A stretch of DNA of 64,000 nt, from contig JAOZFT010000004.1 in NCBI GenBank assembly GCA_027492035.1, positions 224,001 through 288,000 of the forward strand, written 5' to 3'. Shown here piece by piece: positions 1 through 8,314 of this stretch. Made by a program: the position numbers and the translations under genes. The DNA comes from Thermoproteota archaeon (GTDB lineage: Archaea; Korarchaeota; JAOZGF01; JAOZFZ01). Positions within the stretch are counted from its first letter, which is position 1, and each line of letters opens with the position of its first letter. Under the pieces are notes generated by a model, which did no database searches, was not told the DNA's origin, and was given only the letters and a program-made list of their open reading frames with translations.

Positions 1-266
1 TTTGACGCTGCAAAACGGGCTAAACCCAAAGTATGGTCGAAACGTAAACCTAACCATCTTCCAGACTTGTCCTGGAAATAATAAATCTCCTCCCTAACTC
101 CACCTCCTCCCTTACTCTCAAGCAACTCTAAAGCTTCAAAAGAGGGGCTAAACATAGGTTCAAAACCAAATCTCGCAAAAACCTTCCATGCAATACTTAA
201 AACTTTACTAAAAACAAAACTGTCAGGAGGAACTATATCCCTAGTACCTCGAGGAGGCCTAAACAT
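1..266 (-). CDS. hisS: Histidyl-tRNA synthetase, N-terminal part (runs off window)
   Basis: Manual translation from ATG at 266: MFRPPRGTRDI...FGFEPMFSPSFE...EEIYYFQDKSGRWLGLRFDHT, the HisRS N-terminal signature. Absent from the ORF track because truncated. Confidence 0.93.
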   Translation of the reverse strand, partial: MFRPPRGTRDIVPPDSFVFSKVLSIAWKVFARFGFEPMFSPSFEALELLESKGGGGVREEIYYFQDKSGRWLGLRFDHTLGLARFAAS

Positions 267-409
267 AACTAGCACACCTTCAAAAACAAATATGTACAAC
301 CTAACATTGAAAACTAAATAAATTTAAAAATTAACCACATAAAAAATATCCTTTGACCCTTAAAAATACTCTAAGAAAAAAGATAAAGGTGCATGAGTCT
401 CTCAAAAAA

Positions 410-495
410 GGGCCCGTAGCGTAGAAAGGAAAACGCACCGGCCTCCTAAAAACAGAGAAAGCCGGAGAACGCGGGTTCAAATCCCGCCGGGCCCG
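410..495 (+). tRNA. tRNA-Arg(CCT) with 11-nt intron at 37/38 (449..459)
   Basis: Acceptor GGGCCCG/CGGGCCC, anticodon stem CCGGC/GCCGG, T-loop TTCAAAT; 18 nt between the stem arms instead of 7. Confidence 0.93.
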
Positions 496-511
496 TTTTT
501 GAAAGGAAAAA

Positions 512-619
512 GCGGGGGTTGCCGAGCCAGGTCAAAGGCGCCAGTGAAGGGTGAGACTTAAGATCTTTTAAAGAAATCTGGTGAGAAGCTCTTCGTGGGT
601 TCGAATCCCACCCCCCGCA
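512..619 (+). tRNA. tRNA-Leu(TAA) with two introns: 30/31 (545..555) and 37/38 (563..575)
   Basis: Acceptor GCGGGGG/CCCCCGC and long variable arm. Removing TGAAGGGTGAG and ATCTTTTAAAGAA gives stem CCAGA/TCTGG with loop CTTAAGA. Intron 1 helix CGCC/GGTG plus AGA bulge. Confidence 0.88.
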
Positions 620-641
620 CTTTTATTTTTTAGCTAGTAAA

Positions 642-762
642 GCCCCGGTAGCTCAAGATTAGGAGATAGAAAACCTCCAATCGGCAAGGCCTGGTGGAGC
701 GCTGGCTTGGTATTGCAAAATCAAAAAGCCAGTGGTCGCGGGTTCAAATCCCGCCCGGGGCT
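642..762 (+). tRNA. tRNA-Thr(GGT) with two introns: D-loop 14/15 (656..688) and 37/38 (713..726)
   Basis: Acceptor GCCCCGG/CCGGGGC; stem CTGGC/GCCAG. Removing 33 nt gives D-arm GCTC-AGCCTGGTG-GAGC, nearly identical to the D-arm of tRNA-Asn in this window. Confidence 0.87.
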
Positions 763-1607
763 TTAAACTTTTTACTCCAATAGCGAAAAACCTTTTAGAA
801 ATTACAGCTTTGTGTCCTTTTTTATACAAGTAATGACATCTATTTTCAAGGATCATTCAGATCATGTAATTCAGGGAATTAAGCATTAAATATTGTGAAG
901 AGGAGTAAGGAATTAACCTCAAATTTTTTTACTATACCTTCACCGGTGTTTGTCCAGATTCAGGACTGGGAAATATATTATAAGCTTATTAAAATTGTAA
1001 AGATTCTAGGGAACGGTTTCAGTAAAGAAGAAGGATATACAACGTTATTGCCGAGATAGGGGGAAAAATGATTATTCTTCATATGAGGCATTGCGGAAGG
1101 TTTGTAAGCATACACAAACTAAGAAGATTAGAAGTAGGGATAGGTAAGTTGTTGTATTCACTCAATATATTGTTTGAGATATTTGTTAGGGTCATGCGGC
1201 AATTCTATAAAAGAATTTTCTAACGCAACGATAGCTTAAGTGAATCTAGAAAGAAGAGGGAAATAAAAAAATTTATGCTGCCAAAAAATGCTGGAAAATT
1301 TCGCTTGAAAGCTAAGGAAATTTTTCACCGAGTGTAAGTCTAGAAAGAAGTTAGATGCACTAAATGAGTGACAATGCCTCCATTCACGAACCTTCTATAG
1401 TTTGGAGTGTCACTTGACGAAGTTTTGTAAAACTATTTTTGCATTCCACCTAAGGTTTTTCATTTACTGAATTCTCTGTTAAATAGATGTGTACAACTAT
1501 CTAAGCTTAGTCTAGGTGTTGACCACATAACTTTACTGGGATTTTTTTGGGAACAATAACGGTAGAAAATTGCGTTGCAGCTCAAAACTGGGCTATGGAA
1601 AAAACAA

Positions 1608-1680
1608 TGGACCGGGCGGGATTTGAACCCGCGACCACCTGGGTGCAAGCCAGGCATTCTCCCATCTGAACTACCGGCCC
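1608..1680 (-). tRNA. tRNA-Ala(TGC), intronless
   Basis: Cloverleaf GGGCCGG/CCGGTCC with G3-U70; anticodon loop CTTGCAC. Confidence 0.96.
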
Positions 1681-2032
1681 AAAGTTCTTACGCCACCTTA
1701 AAACTTAGCTTTGGCAAAAACAATTGAAAAATCAGTTGTTACAATCCTCCCAAGTTAAATTCAGTTTTTCCTTTTCAACTTCCTAGTTGCCCCTTTAGTG
1801 TGGTGAGTATTTAAACTTTATCTCTATCCTGGATGCTGAAAATTGATCAGAATTGATCAGCACTCAAGATCTTAATCATTGATTGTTTTCTCATCTGGGT
1901 TCGATTCATCATGTTAAAAAAAGTCTAGACATACTCTCAATTTTACTGATTTTCATTCCTTTCAACTGTTAAATTTAAATTTTTATCTTTTTTAAAAGAG
2001 AAATGTTGAAGTTTTTAATCGGGGTCTCAATC

Positions 2033-2221
2033 ATGGAAGAGAAGTGTGACGTTGTTGGTTGCAGTGAACCAGCCTTTAAATCTGTTCCGTCATCCTATTT
2101 ACCCCTGTTTGAACAATTAAAAATCAGGGTTGAGGCGAAAAAGAAAAGAATTAAGCTATGCAGGAACCATTATAAAGAAATTAAAAAAATAAGGAGAAAA
2201 GTCCGTAAAACCTTTTTTTAA
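2033..2221 (+). CDS. Small putative Zn-binding archaeal protein
   Basis: MEEKCDVVGC...LCRNHYK (CxxxxC...CxxH); directly upstream of egsA. ATG 2033 preferred over 2003. Confidence 0.7.
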   Translation: MEEKCDVVGCSEPAFKSVPSSYLPLFEQLKIRVEAKKKRIKLCRNHYKEIKKIRRKVRKTFF

Positions 2222-2245
2222 TGCACCCAATTAAGAAGGGTTGAG

Positions 2246-3319
2246 TTGGTTGTGGAAATAACTACAAATTTACACAAGATGCAAATTCCTCGGGAAGTTT
2301 GGGTAGGAGATAACATTTTAACAAAAATCAGTGAACTTTGTCTAAGTGTAGGTTTCAAGAAAGGGGCAGTTACGGTTCTTGTTGAAGGAGAGAAAACTAA
2401 GCATGTAGCCGGAAATACAGTAGCTGAATCCTTAAAAAGTTATGGTTTCGAAGTGCACAGGGTTTCAATTAACAAAGCAGATTCGGAAAACATGGAAAAA
2501 ACCTCTAACTTGATACAGGAAGTAAAAGCCACTTTCGCTATAGGAGTAGGGGGAGGTAAAAACATAGATGTAGCAAAAGTTGCTTCTGTCAAAAACAAAA
2601 TTCCGTTCATAAGTGTACCAACAATAGCCTCCCATGACGGAATAACCTCACCAAGAGCCTCAATCAAAAACAACGGCAAACCATACTCCATCCAAGCCCA
2701 AGCTCCAATGGCTATATTAGCAGACATAGAAACAATAAGTAAATCACCTTTTCGCTTCACTGCCGCAGGTTGCGGCGACCTTTTATCAAATTTCACAGCA
2801 ATAAAAGACTGGATCCTCTCCCATAAACTAAGAGGAGAATATTACGGCGCTTACGCTGCATCTCTCTCACTAACGTCAGCTTCGCATATAGTAGAAAATG
2901 CAGAGTTAATCGGGAGCAAAAACAAAGAAGGGGTCAGAATAGTAGTGGAAGGACTCATTGGAAGCGGGGTAGCTATGGCCATAGCTGGTAACAGCAGGCC
3001 AGCAAGTGGATCTGAACATTTATTCAGCCATGCACTAGACACTATAGCCAAAAAACCAGCACTACACGGGGAACAATGCGGCATCGGAACAATAATGATG
3101 ATGTACCTCCACGGAGGAGACTGGAAAAAGATCAGGCAAACACTAACAAAAATAGGGGCACCTACCACGGCAAAACAACTTGGGATAGACGAAGACACAA
3201 TAATAGAGGCGTTATGTCAAGCCCACAAAATAAGACCTGAGAGATACACAATCCTAGGAGAAAAAGGACTAACTAAAACTGCCGCTAAAGAACTCGCAGA
3301 AAAAACGCTCATAATATAA
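2246..3319 (+). CDS. egsA: sn-glycerol-1-phosphate dehydrogenase
   Basis: GVGGGKNIDVAK, PTIASHDGITSP, SRPASGSEHLFSHALD, HGEQCG motifs. Confidence 0.97.
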   Translation: MVVEITTNLHKMQIPREVWVGDNILTKISELCLSVGFKKGAVTVLVEGEKTKHVAGNTVAESLKSYGFEVHRVSINKADSENMEKTSNLIQEVKATFAIGVGGGKNIDVAKVASVKNKIPFISVPTIASHDGITSPRASIKNNGKPYSIQAQAPMAILADIETISKSPFRFTAAGCGDLLSNFTAIKDWILSHKLRGEYYGAYAASLSLTSASHIVENAELIGSKNKEGVRIVVEGLIGSGVAMAIAGNSRPASGSEHLFSHALDTIAKKPALHGEQCGIGTIMMMYLHGGDWKKIRQTLTKIGAPTTAKQLGIDEDTIIEALCQAHKIRPERYTILGEKGLTKTAAKELAEKTLII

Positions 3320-3334
3320 AGAAGGGAGGGGGAA

Positions 3335-4120
3335 GTGAAAGGGAAAATCGAAAGATACCTAGTGGAAGAAATAAAAGAAAAAGGGATTATTCACTTCACA
3401 CTCATAGATCCTGTAAAAACAACCTTGAAAGAATCAGTTAAAATAGCAAAAAATGCAGATAAAGCAGGATCAACAGCTATAATGATAGGGGGAAGCCTAG
3501 GTGTAGAACAAACAATACTGGACCAAACAATAAAAAAAATAAAGGAGAACTGTAAAAAACCAATAATTCTCTTCCCAGGAGGAGTATCAGGGCTCTCCAA
3601 ACATGCAGACGCAATATGGTTCATGTCTTTACTCAACTCAACCAATCCCTACTTTATCATTCATGCCCAAATGAGCGCAGCCCCCATTATCAAATCATTC
3701 AAAATAGAACCAATCCCACTGGCCTACATAATTTTTGAGCCAGGAGAGGCAGCGGGCTACATGGGAATGGCGCACCCTATCCCAAGAAAAAAACCTGAAA
3801 TAGCAGCAGCGTATGCCTTAGCAGCACAATATCTAGGAATAAGATTCTTATATCTAGAAGCAGGCTCAGGGGCATCCCAAACAGTCCCCGAAAAAGCTGT
3901 TAAATTAATAAGAAAAACAGTTAACATACCAATAATAGTAGGAGGAGGAATAAAAACTGAGCAAGACTTTAGGAAATTAGCAAAGGCTGGGGCAGATGCA
4001 ATAGTAACAGGAACCCTAGGAGAAGAAAAAATAAACGAAAATAAACTTGCAAAATACATAAAAATAGCCCAGCTAACAGCTAAAACAACAAAAAACAAAA
4101 CAAACCATAGTAAACTTTAA
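3335..4120 (+). CDS. Geranylgeranylglyceryl phosphate synthase (group II GGGPS)
   Basis: HFTLIDP, IMIGGSLGV, ILFPG, YLEAGSGA, VGGGI, VTGT motifs; follows egsA. Confidence 0.95.
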   Translation: MKGKIERYLVEEIKEKGIIHFTLIDPVKTTLKESVKIAKNADKAGSTAIMIGGSLGVEQTILDQTIKKIKENCKKPIILFPGGVSGLSKHADAIWFMSLLNSTNPYFIIHAQMSAAPIIKSFKIEPIPLAYIIFEPGEAAGYMGMAHPIPRKKPEIAAAYALAAQYLGIRFLYLEAGSGASQTVPEKAVKLIRKTVNIPIIVGGGIKTEQDFRKLAKAGADAIVTGTLGEEKINENKLAKYIKIAQLTAKTTKNKTNHSKL

Positions 4121-4150
4121 ATACTTTATGTTTACAAAGAAAAAAATGAA

Positions 4151-4235
4151 AGCCCCGTGGTGTAGTGGTCAAGCATGACGGACTCTGGACCAGGGGAGAA
4201 ATCCGTTGACCTCGGTTCGAATCCGAGCGGGGCTA
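4151..4235 (+). tRNA. tRNA-Gln(CTG) with 12-nt intron at 37/38 (4189..4200)
   Basis: Acceptor AGCCCCG/CGGGGCT; stem ACGGA/TCCGT; BHB helix CTCT/GGAG. Confidence 0.94.
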
Positions 4236-4257
4236 TACATCCTTCTTTTGCTTAATA

Positions 4258-4331
4258 GCCAGGGTAGCTCAGACTGGGAGAGCGCACGGCTGAAGACCGT
4301 GATGTCGCAGGTTCAAATCCTGCCCCTGGCA
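4258..4331 (+). tRNA. tRNA-Phe(GAA), intronless
   Basis: Cloverleaf GCCAGGG/CCCTGGC; anticodon loop CTGAAGA. Confidence 0.97.
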
Positions 4332-4855
4332 TTTCCTTTTTTAAAATAGTTGTTCTTTGTTATAATTGTTACATTGCTTAAAAGACTGCTTTCAGAAGAT
4401 GCGTCAATAGGAAGCTGAAAAACTACAGAAATGGTTAAGAACTGGTTAATATATAACTCAAAGAGTTGTTACTTCTCTGAAAAGGTTCATGAAAAAAGGT
4501 GTTACGTTTGAAAAATTGAGGTCTGTTTTAAGAGTATTGTTTCTGGATACTATTACTCATTGTTTTGGTGATTAAGGGGTTAGAGAGAAGGGCAACTTAA
4601 GGGTTTTTCAAAAAAGTTTAGGTTTTTAAGTGTTAATAATGTCTTTTTGTTTGTTAAGCCATCTTAAAACTACCCTTATGGGTAAAGAAAATCAGAAACA
4701 AAGTTGGGGAAATGTCGCTGTATTTTTCACCCTGTAACCATGTTTAGGCTCTAAGAGGGGTTGGTGTTAATGAAAATGTCAACTATTTTAAATACACTGA
4801 TAATCCTGTAGTGGTTACTTATTGTAAATTGTTTCGCTGCTCAAGGTGTTCAGCA

Positions 4856-5797
4856 TTGGGAAAAGTTCTTGTTGCTTCTCTTGGGGATTGCTGCATAGAT
4901 TTAGTTTTTAAGGTTGCTAAATACCCCCATGAAGGAGAAGAAAGCCAAGTTTTGAGTTTTCAGGAGTCTCTTGGCGGCTCTGCTGCTAATGTCGCTGTAG
5001 CTTTAGCTAGGTTAGGTATTAAATCAGGTTTTCTGGGCAAAATAGGGAAAGATTATTTCGGTGATTTGTTGTTTAAAGCCTTTTTAAGAGAGGGTGTGGA
5101 TACTTCTCAGGTGTATTTTTCGAACAGTAAAAGAACCAACGTAATGGTTATTGTAGTGGGTTCGACGGGTGAAAGGACAATTTTTGCCTATCGGGGAGCT
5201 GCTGTTGAACATAAACCTGAAGAAATAAGCAAGGGTTATATTAGGAAATTAAAACTCCTGCACATTTCTGGTTACTCTTTCCTTGAAAAACCCCAAAGTG
5301 AAGCGGCTAAGAAAGCTGTTTATGTAGCTAAGGAAGAAAGTATCCCCGTTTCACTTGATCTAGGTTACTTTTTAGCTGAAAAAGGCCCTTGTGAAACTAA
5401 GAAAATCCTTAAACTTGTTGACATACTTTTCCCTAACAAAGAAGAGTTGGAACTTATTTCCGGGGAAAGTAGAGTTAGAAAAGCTGCAGAGAAAGTTTTA
5501 GATTGGGGAGTTAAAGTGGTTGTGGTGAAGTTAGGTGGAGAAGGAGCTTTCCTTTCAACTAAAAAAGAACATTTTTATTTACCAAGTTTAAAGGTTAAGG
5601 TTAAGGATACAACTGGGGCTGGTGACGCATTCGATGCCGGTTTCATTTTCGGTTACCTAGAAGGCTACACTTTAAAGGAAAGTCTGAAAATAGCTAATTG
5701 GTGCGCTGCACAGAATGTTCAGAGCATTGGTGCAAGAACAGGGTTACCTTTCAGGGATCAACTAAATGACTTTATTAGGGAGAATTTTAAGCAATAA
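4856..5797 (+). CDS. PfkB/ribokinase-family carbohydrate or nucleoside kinase
   Basis: GGSAANVAVALARLG, FPNKEE and DTTGAGDAFDAG motifs. TTG 4856 (after GGTG) preferred over 4811. Confidence 0.92.
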   Translation: MGKVLVASLGDCCIDLVFKVAKYPHEGEESQVLSFQESLGGSAANVAVALARLGIKSGFLGKIGKDYFGDLLFKAFLREGVDTSQVYFSNSKRTNVMVIVVGSTGERTIFAYRGAAVEHKPEEISKGYIRKLKLLHISGYSFLEKPQSEAAKKAVYVAKEESIPVSLDLGYFLAEKGPCETKKILKLVDILFPNKEELELISGESRVRKAAEKVLDWGVKVVVVKLGGEGAFLSTKKEHFYLPSLKVKVKDTTGAGDAFDAGFIFGYLEGYTLKESLKIANWCAAQNVQSIGARTGLPFRDQLNDFIRENFKQ

Positions 5798-5811
5798 AAA
5801 GGGTTTGGTTT

Positions 5812-6897
5812 CTAAATGGTTTTTATGGGTATAGGTGAACTGTAACTAAATATTGCGCTTACATTCATATGAGGACGTAACTTTTTCTCAAAAATTTTTA
5901 TTGCAGGAACTAATGAAACAACGTTCCCTATTTCAGTTTCCACTATGACTTCAAAAAGTGGGTCTACGTACGATATACTTACTATCTTTCCTTCAAGAAT
6001 ATTCTGACCAGTTATTGTTGGGGCGATTTCTGCGATATCTACATCCTCTGAAGGTAAACCTATCAATATCTCTTCTCCTTCCCTTAAAGGAAAATTTTCT
6101 GCAACTGTTTCACCTAAGTTAACCTTTATTCTACATCCCCCACATTTCAGCATTAAAGAATTGGTTTTAACTTGATTAATTTCACACTTAAACAAGTTCT
6201 TTATTCCCAATATTTCAGCTATTTCTTCATTTTTAGGTTTCCTTTTAACTAGAAACGGAGGACCCTCTAAAATTATTTCTCCTTTATAAAGAATCGCTAT
6301 ATTACTAGCTAAGTAAGCAACTTCCTCGAAATCAGTTGTGGCGTAAACTACTGGTTTTTTAAGCCATGAAAACAATTTCTTCATTTTTAACAAGTAGGTC
6401 CTCTTTAAATAGGCAGGAAACCCCTTCAATGGTTCATCTAGTAAAATGGCGGATGGGTTTGCTGCTACTGCACGTGCAAGTGCTACTTTTAATTTGTTAA
6501 CTCTATTAATGTCTCTGATCTTCTTTCCTTCTAGTCCTTTCAAATTGAATGACCCTATTAACTTCTTCAGAAGTTCTTCCTTAACATTTTTCTTTTCTTT
6601 AATAAGGCTGCTATTTAAAGCGAAGGTTATGTTCTCTCTAACTGTTAAATCTTCAAATAAGCCGTAATTATGTGGTATAAAAACTATTCTTTGCCTTTGG
6701 TGGTTGGGACCTGAGGATCCCTCACTTTCAAATATTACTTCCCCCTTAGATGGCTTAATTAAGCCAGCGATAATCTTCAATAAGGTAGTTTTGCCTGATT
6801 TTTCTTTGCCAAGTAAGCCATAAATCAAATTTGGAATCGACACATTAATCTTCTTTAGCACGTGCTTATGAGAAACTTCAACTAATTTTATTACCAT
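5812..6897 (-). CDS. ABC transporter ATP-binding protein with TOBE domains (ModC/WtpC/PotA-like), degenerate motifs
   Basis: Walker A GKEKSGKTT, Walker B ILLDEP, C-terminal TOBE-like region; signature, D-loop and H-loop are diverged. Confidence 0.8.
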   Translation of the reverse strand: MVIKLVEVSHKHVLKKINVSIPNLIYGLLGKEKSGKTTLLKIIAGLIKPSKGEVIFESEGSSGPNHQRQRIVFIPHNYGLFEDLTVRENITFALNSSLIKEKKNVKEELLKKLIGSFNLKGLEGKKIRDINRVNKLKVALARAVAANPSAILLDEPLKGFPAYLKRTYLLKMKKLFSWLKKPVVYATTDFEEVAYLASNIAILYKGEIILEGPPFLVKRKPKNEEIAEILGIKNLFKCEINQVKTNSLMLKCGGCRIKVNLGETVAENFPLREGEEILIGLPSEDVDIAEIAPTITGQNILEGKIVSISYVDPLFEVIVETEIGNVVSLVPAIKIFEKKLRPHMNVSAIFSYSSPIPIKTI

Positions 6898-7609
6898 GGA
6901 AGAAACCTCCTCTTCCCTCTTTCAAAGGAAGGAGCTTCATTCTTTTAAATGAGTAAAATGAAATGACAACTATAAGCAGAAAATAAGATACTTCCAGGTA
7001 TAAAATGTAAATAAACACGGTGTTGGATGGTTCAACACAGAAAGGTTGAGAAGAAAACCCACTAACGATGTCCATAACTACCCTTATTAAGGGGAGAAGT
7101 GACAAGAGCACTATCTCCTTTATAAAGGGCTTAAGTACCCCCTCTAAAAGAACTAATTTTCCAGAAGAGGAAACAGTTAATCCCGACTCCATGCTTTCCC
7201 TAGAAATAGAGCAATATCTTTTGTATAAAAAGAAAACAAAGTATGGGTGAGAGATATAGAATGAAGAAAAGAAAGAAAGGATTAAAAGGTTTACAGTAAG
7301 CCCCCCTCTAAGCAATGAAGAGTAAAAAAGGAAGGAAGGGACAAAAAAAGAATGGAACAGAATTGTTAAAAAAATAATTTTTCCTCTCTCAATCTTTAAC
7401 AAGAACATACCTGAAAGAAAACTTAACATTAGGGAAAAAAGGAAACCTAACAAAGCTGCAGTTATCTCTAAGCTTTTGCTTGGTAACAATTCAAGTAGGG
7501 GTAAGGATAAACCCCCCTTCCCGCACAACATAACAACTAAATATATAATGCAGGAATACAGCAATAAGGAGAATGGCAAGATATACATGTCACCCTTTAA
7601 GCTAGACAA
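6878..7609 (-). CDS. Membrane protein, probably a diverged ABC permease
   Basis: About 5-6 hydrophobic segments; overlaps the ATPase start; vestigial EAA-loop region (SISRESMESGLTVS). Confidence 0.6.
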   Translation of the reverse strand: MSSLKGDMYILPFSLLLYSCIIYLVVMLCGKGGLSLPLLELLPSKSLEITAALLGFLFSLMLSFLSGMFLLKIERGKIIFLTILFHSFFVPSFLFYSSLLRGGLTVNLLILSFFSSFYISHPYFVFFLYKRYCSISRESMESGLTVSSSGKLVLLEGVLKPFIKEIVLLSLLPLIRVVMDIVSGFSSQPFCVEPSNTVFIYILYLEVSYFLLIVVISFYSFKRMKLLPLKEGRGGFFHGNKIS

Positions 7610-7763
7610 AATAAAACCTCCCTCTAAATGTATCCCAGCTTAACCTTTAGCAGGTAATAATTTAAAGAAAGAGTTATTCTTTTAAAAATTATTTAAAGAA
7701 AGGGATGCCAGTTCTAAAGATGAATTTTTCCCTCTTTAAAAAAATAAGAAAAAGAGGGAGGGT

Positions 7764-8087
7764 CTAAGACGTCCTTTTTAAAGTTATTTCAATTAATGAA
7801 ACGTTCCTTTCTCCTCCCTCCCCACCTGTTAAAGTTTCTGTTCCTATTGTCACATTTGACACTTCTACGGCGTCCTGCAGAAACCTATTTTTTGTTATTT
7901 CTGCTACATCCACTGCTTTGCTTATTGATTTGCCTCTAGCCTTTATAATTACTGAATTTTTCCCTTGGTTAAATTGCAGAACAGTTGCTAATACATAATT
8001 CATAGTTGGTGTGCGCCCGTGTCTTTTAAAAACTATAGATCACGGATTACGCCCAATATAGATTTCTCCAGCTTCTTCACTAGTCAC
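7764..8087 (-). CDS. albA: DNA/RNA-binding chromatin protein Alba, split by a 36-nt BHB intron: join(8047..8087, 7764..8010)
   Basis: The spliced product MTSEEAGEIYIGRKPTMNYVLA...IKARGKSISKAVDVAEI...NVSLIEITL is a full 95-aa Alba. RBS GAGGTG lies 7 nt upstream of GTG 8087. The unspliced frame stops at TGA inside the insert. Confidence 0.93.
8011..8046 (-). other. Predicted BHB (tRNA-endonuclease-type) mRNA intron in alba
   Basis: Minus strand: TTGG-GCGT-[AA^T]-CCGTG...CACGG-GCGC-[AC^A]-CCAA. Two 3-nt bulges on opposite strands flank a 4-bp helix, and both outer helices pair. Confidence 0.88.
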
Positions 8088-8159
8088 GTGCATACACCTC
8101 CATCTTTTTTCCTGTTCCTTTGAATGCTCTGACAATGTTTTGAAATACCTATTTATTCC

Positions 8160-8173
8160 TTTATAAAGGTTTC
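8160..8173 (-). promoter_or_regulatory. Candidate BRE-TATA promoter for alba
   Basis: Minus strand GAAACC-TTTATAAA about 75 nt upstream of the start codon. Confidence 0.35.
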
Positions 8174-8314
8174 CTTTATGTTAAAAAGGTTTTATTTTCT
8201 TTTAAAAGATGAAAGATGTTATTGCCTTACTTTCAAAATGAGCCTTTCTTCAGCAAGAAAGTAGGATATCCCTTTATGGCTTCATTAATAAAAACGTTTT
8301 GGAAGGATCTTTTC

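Noticed and set aside
659-856. ORFs overlapping tRNA genes (also 1460..1657, 37232..37639, 37613..37837, 51835..52089)
   Set aside because: Their translations (GFEP, GSNP and similar) are by-products of tRNA sequence.
7764-8003. 79-aa Alba ORF from the ORF track as the complete gene
   Set aside because: It lacks the first beta-strand and GxKP loop, which are encoded upstream of the insert behind a good RBS.
8040-8042. In-frame TGA in alba read as selenocysteine/readthrough, or alba as a pseudogene
   Set aside because: Readthrough would leave a 12-residue insertion in the conserved GxKP motif. The rest of the gene is undamaged, and BHB-rule excision restores the motif exactly.
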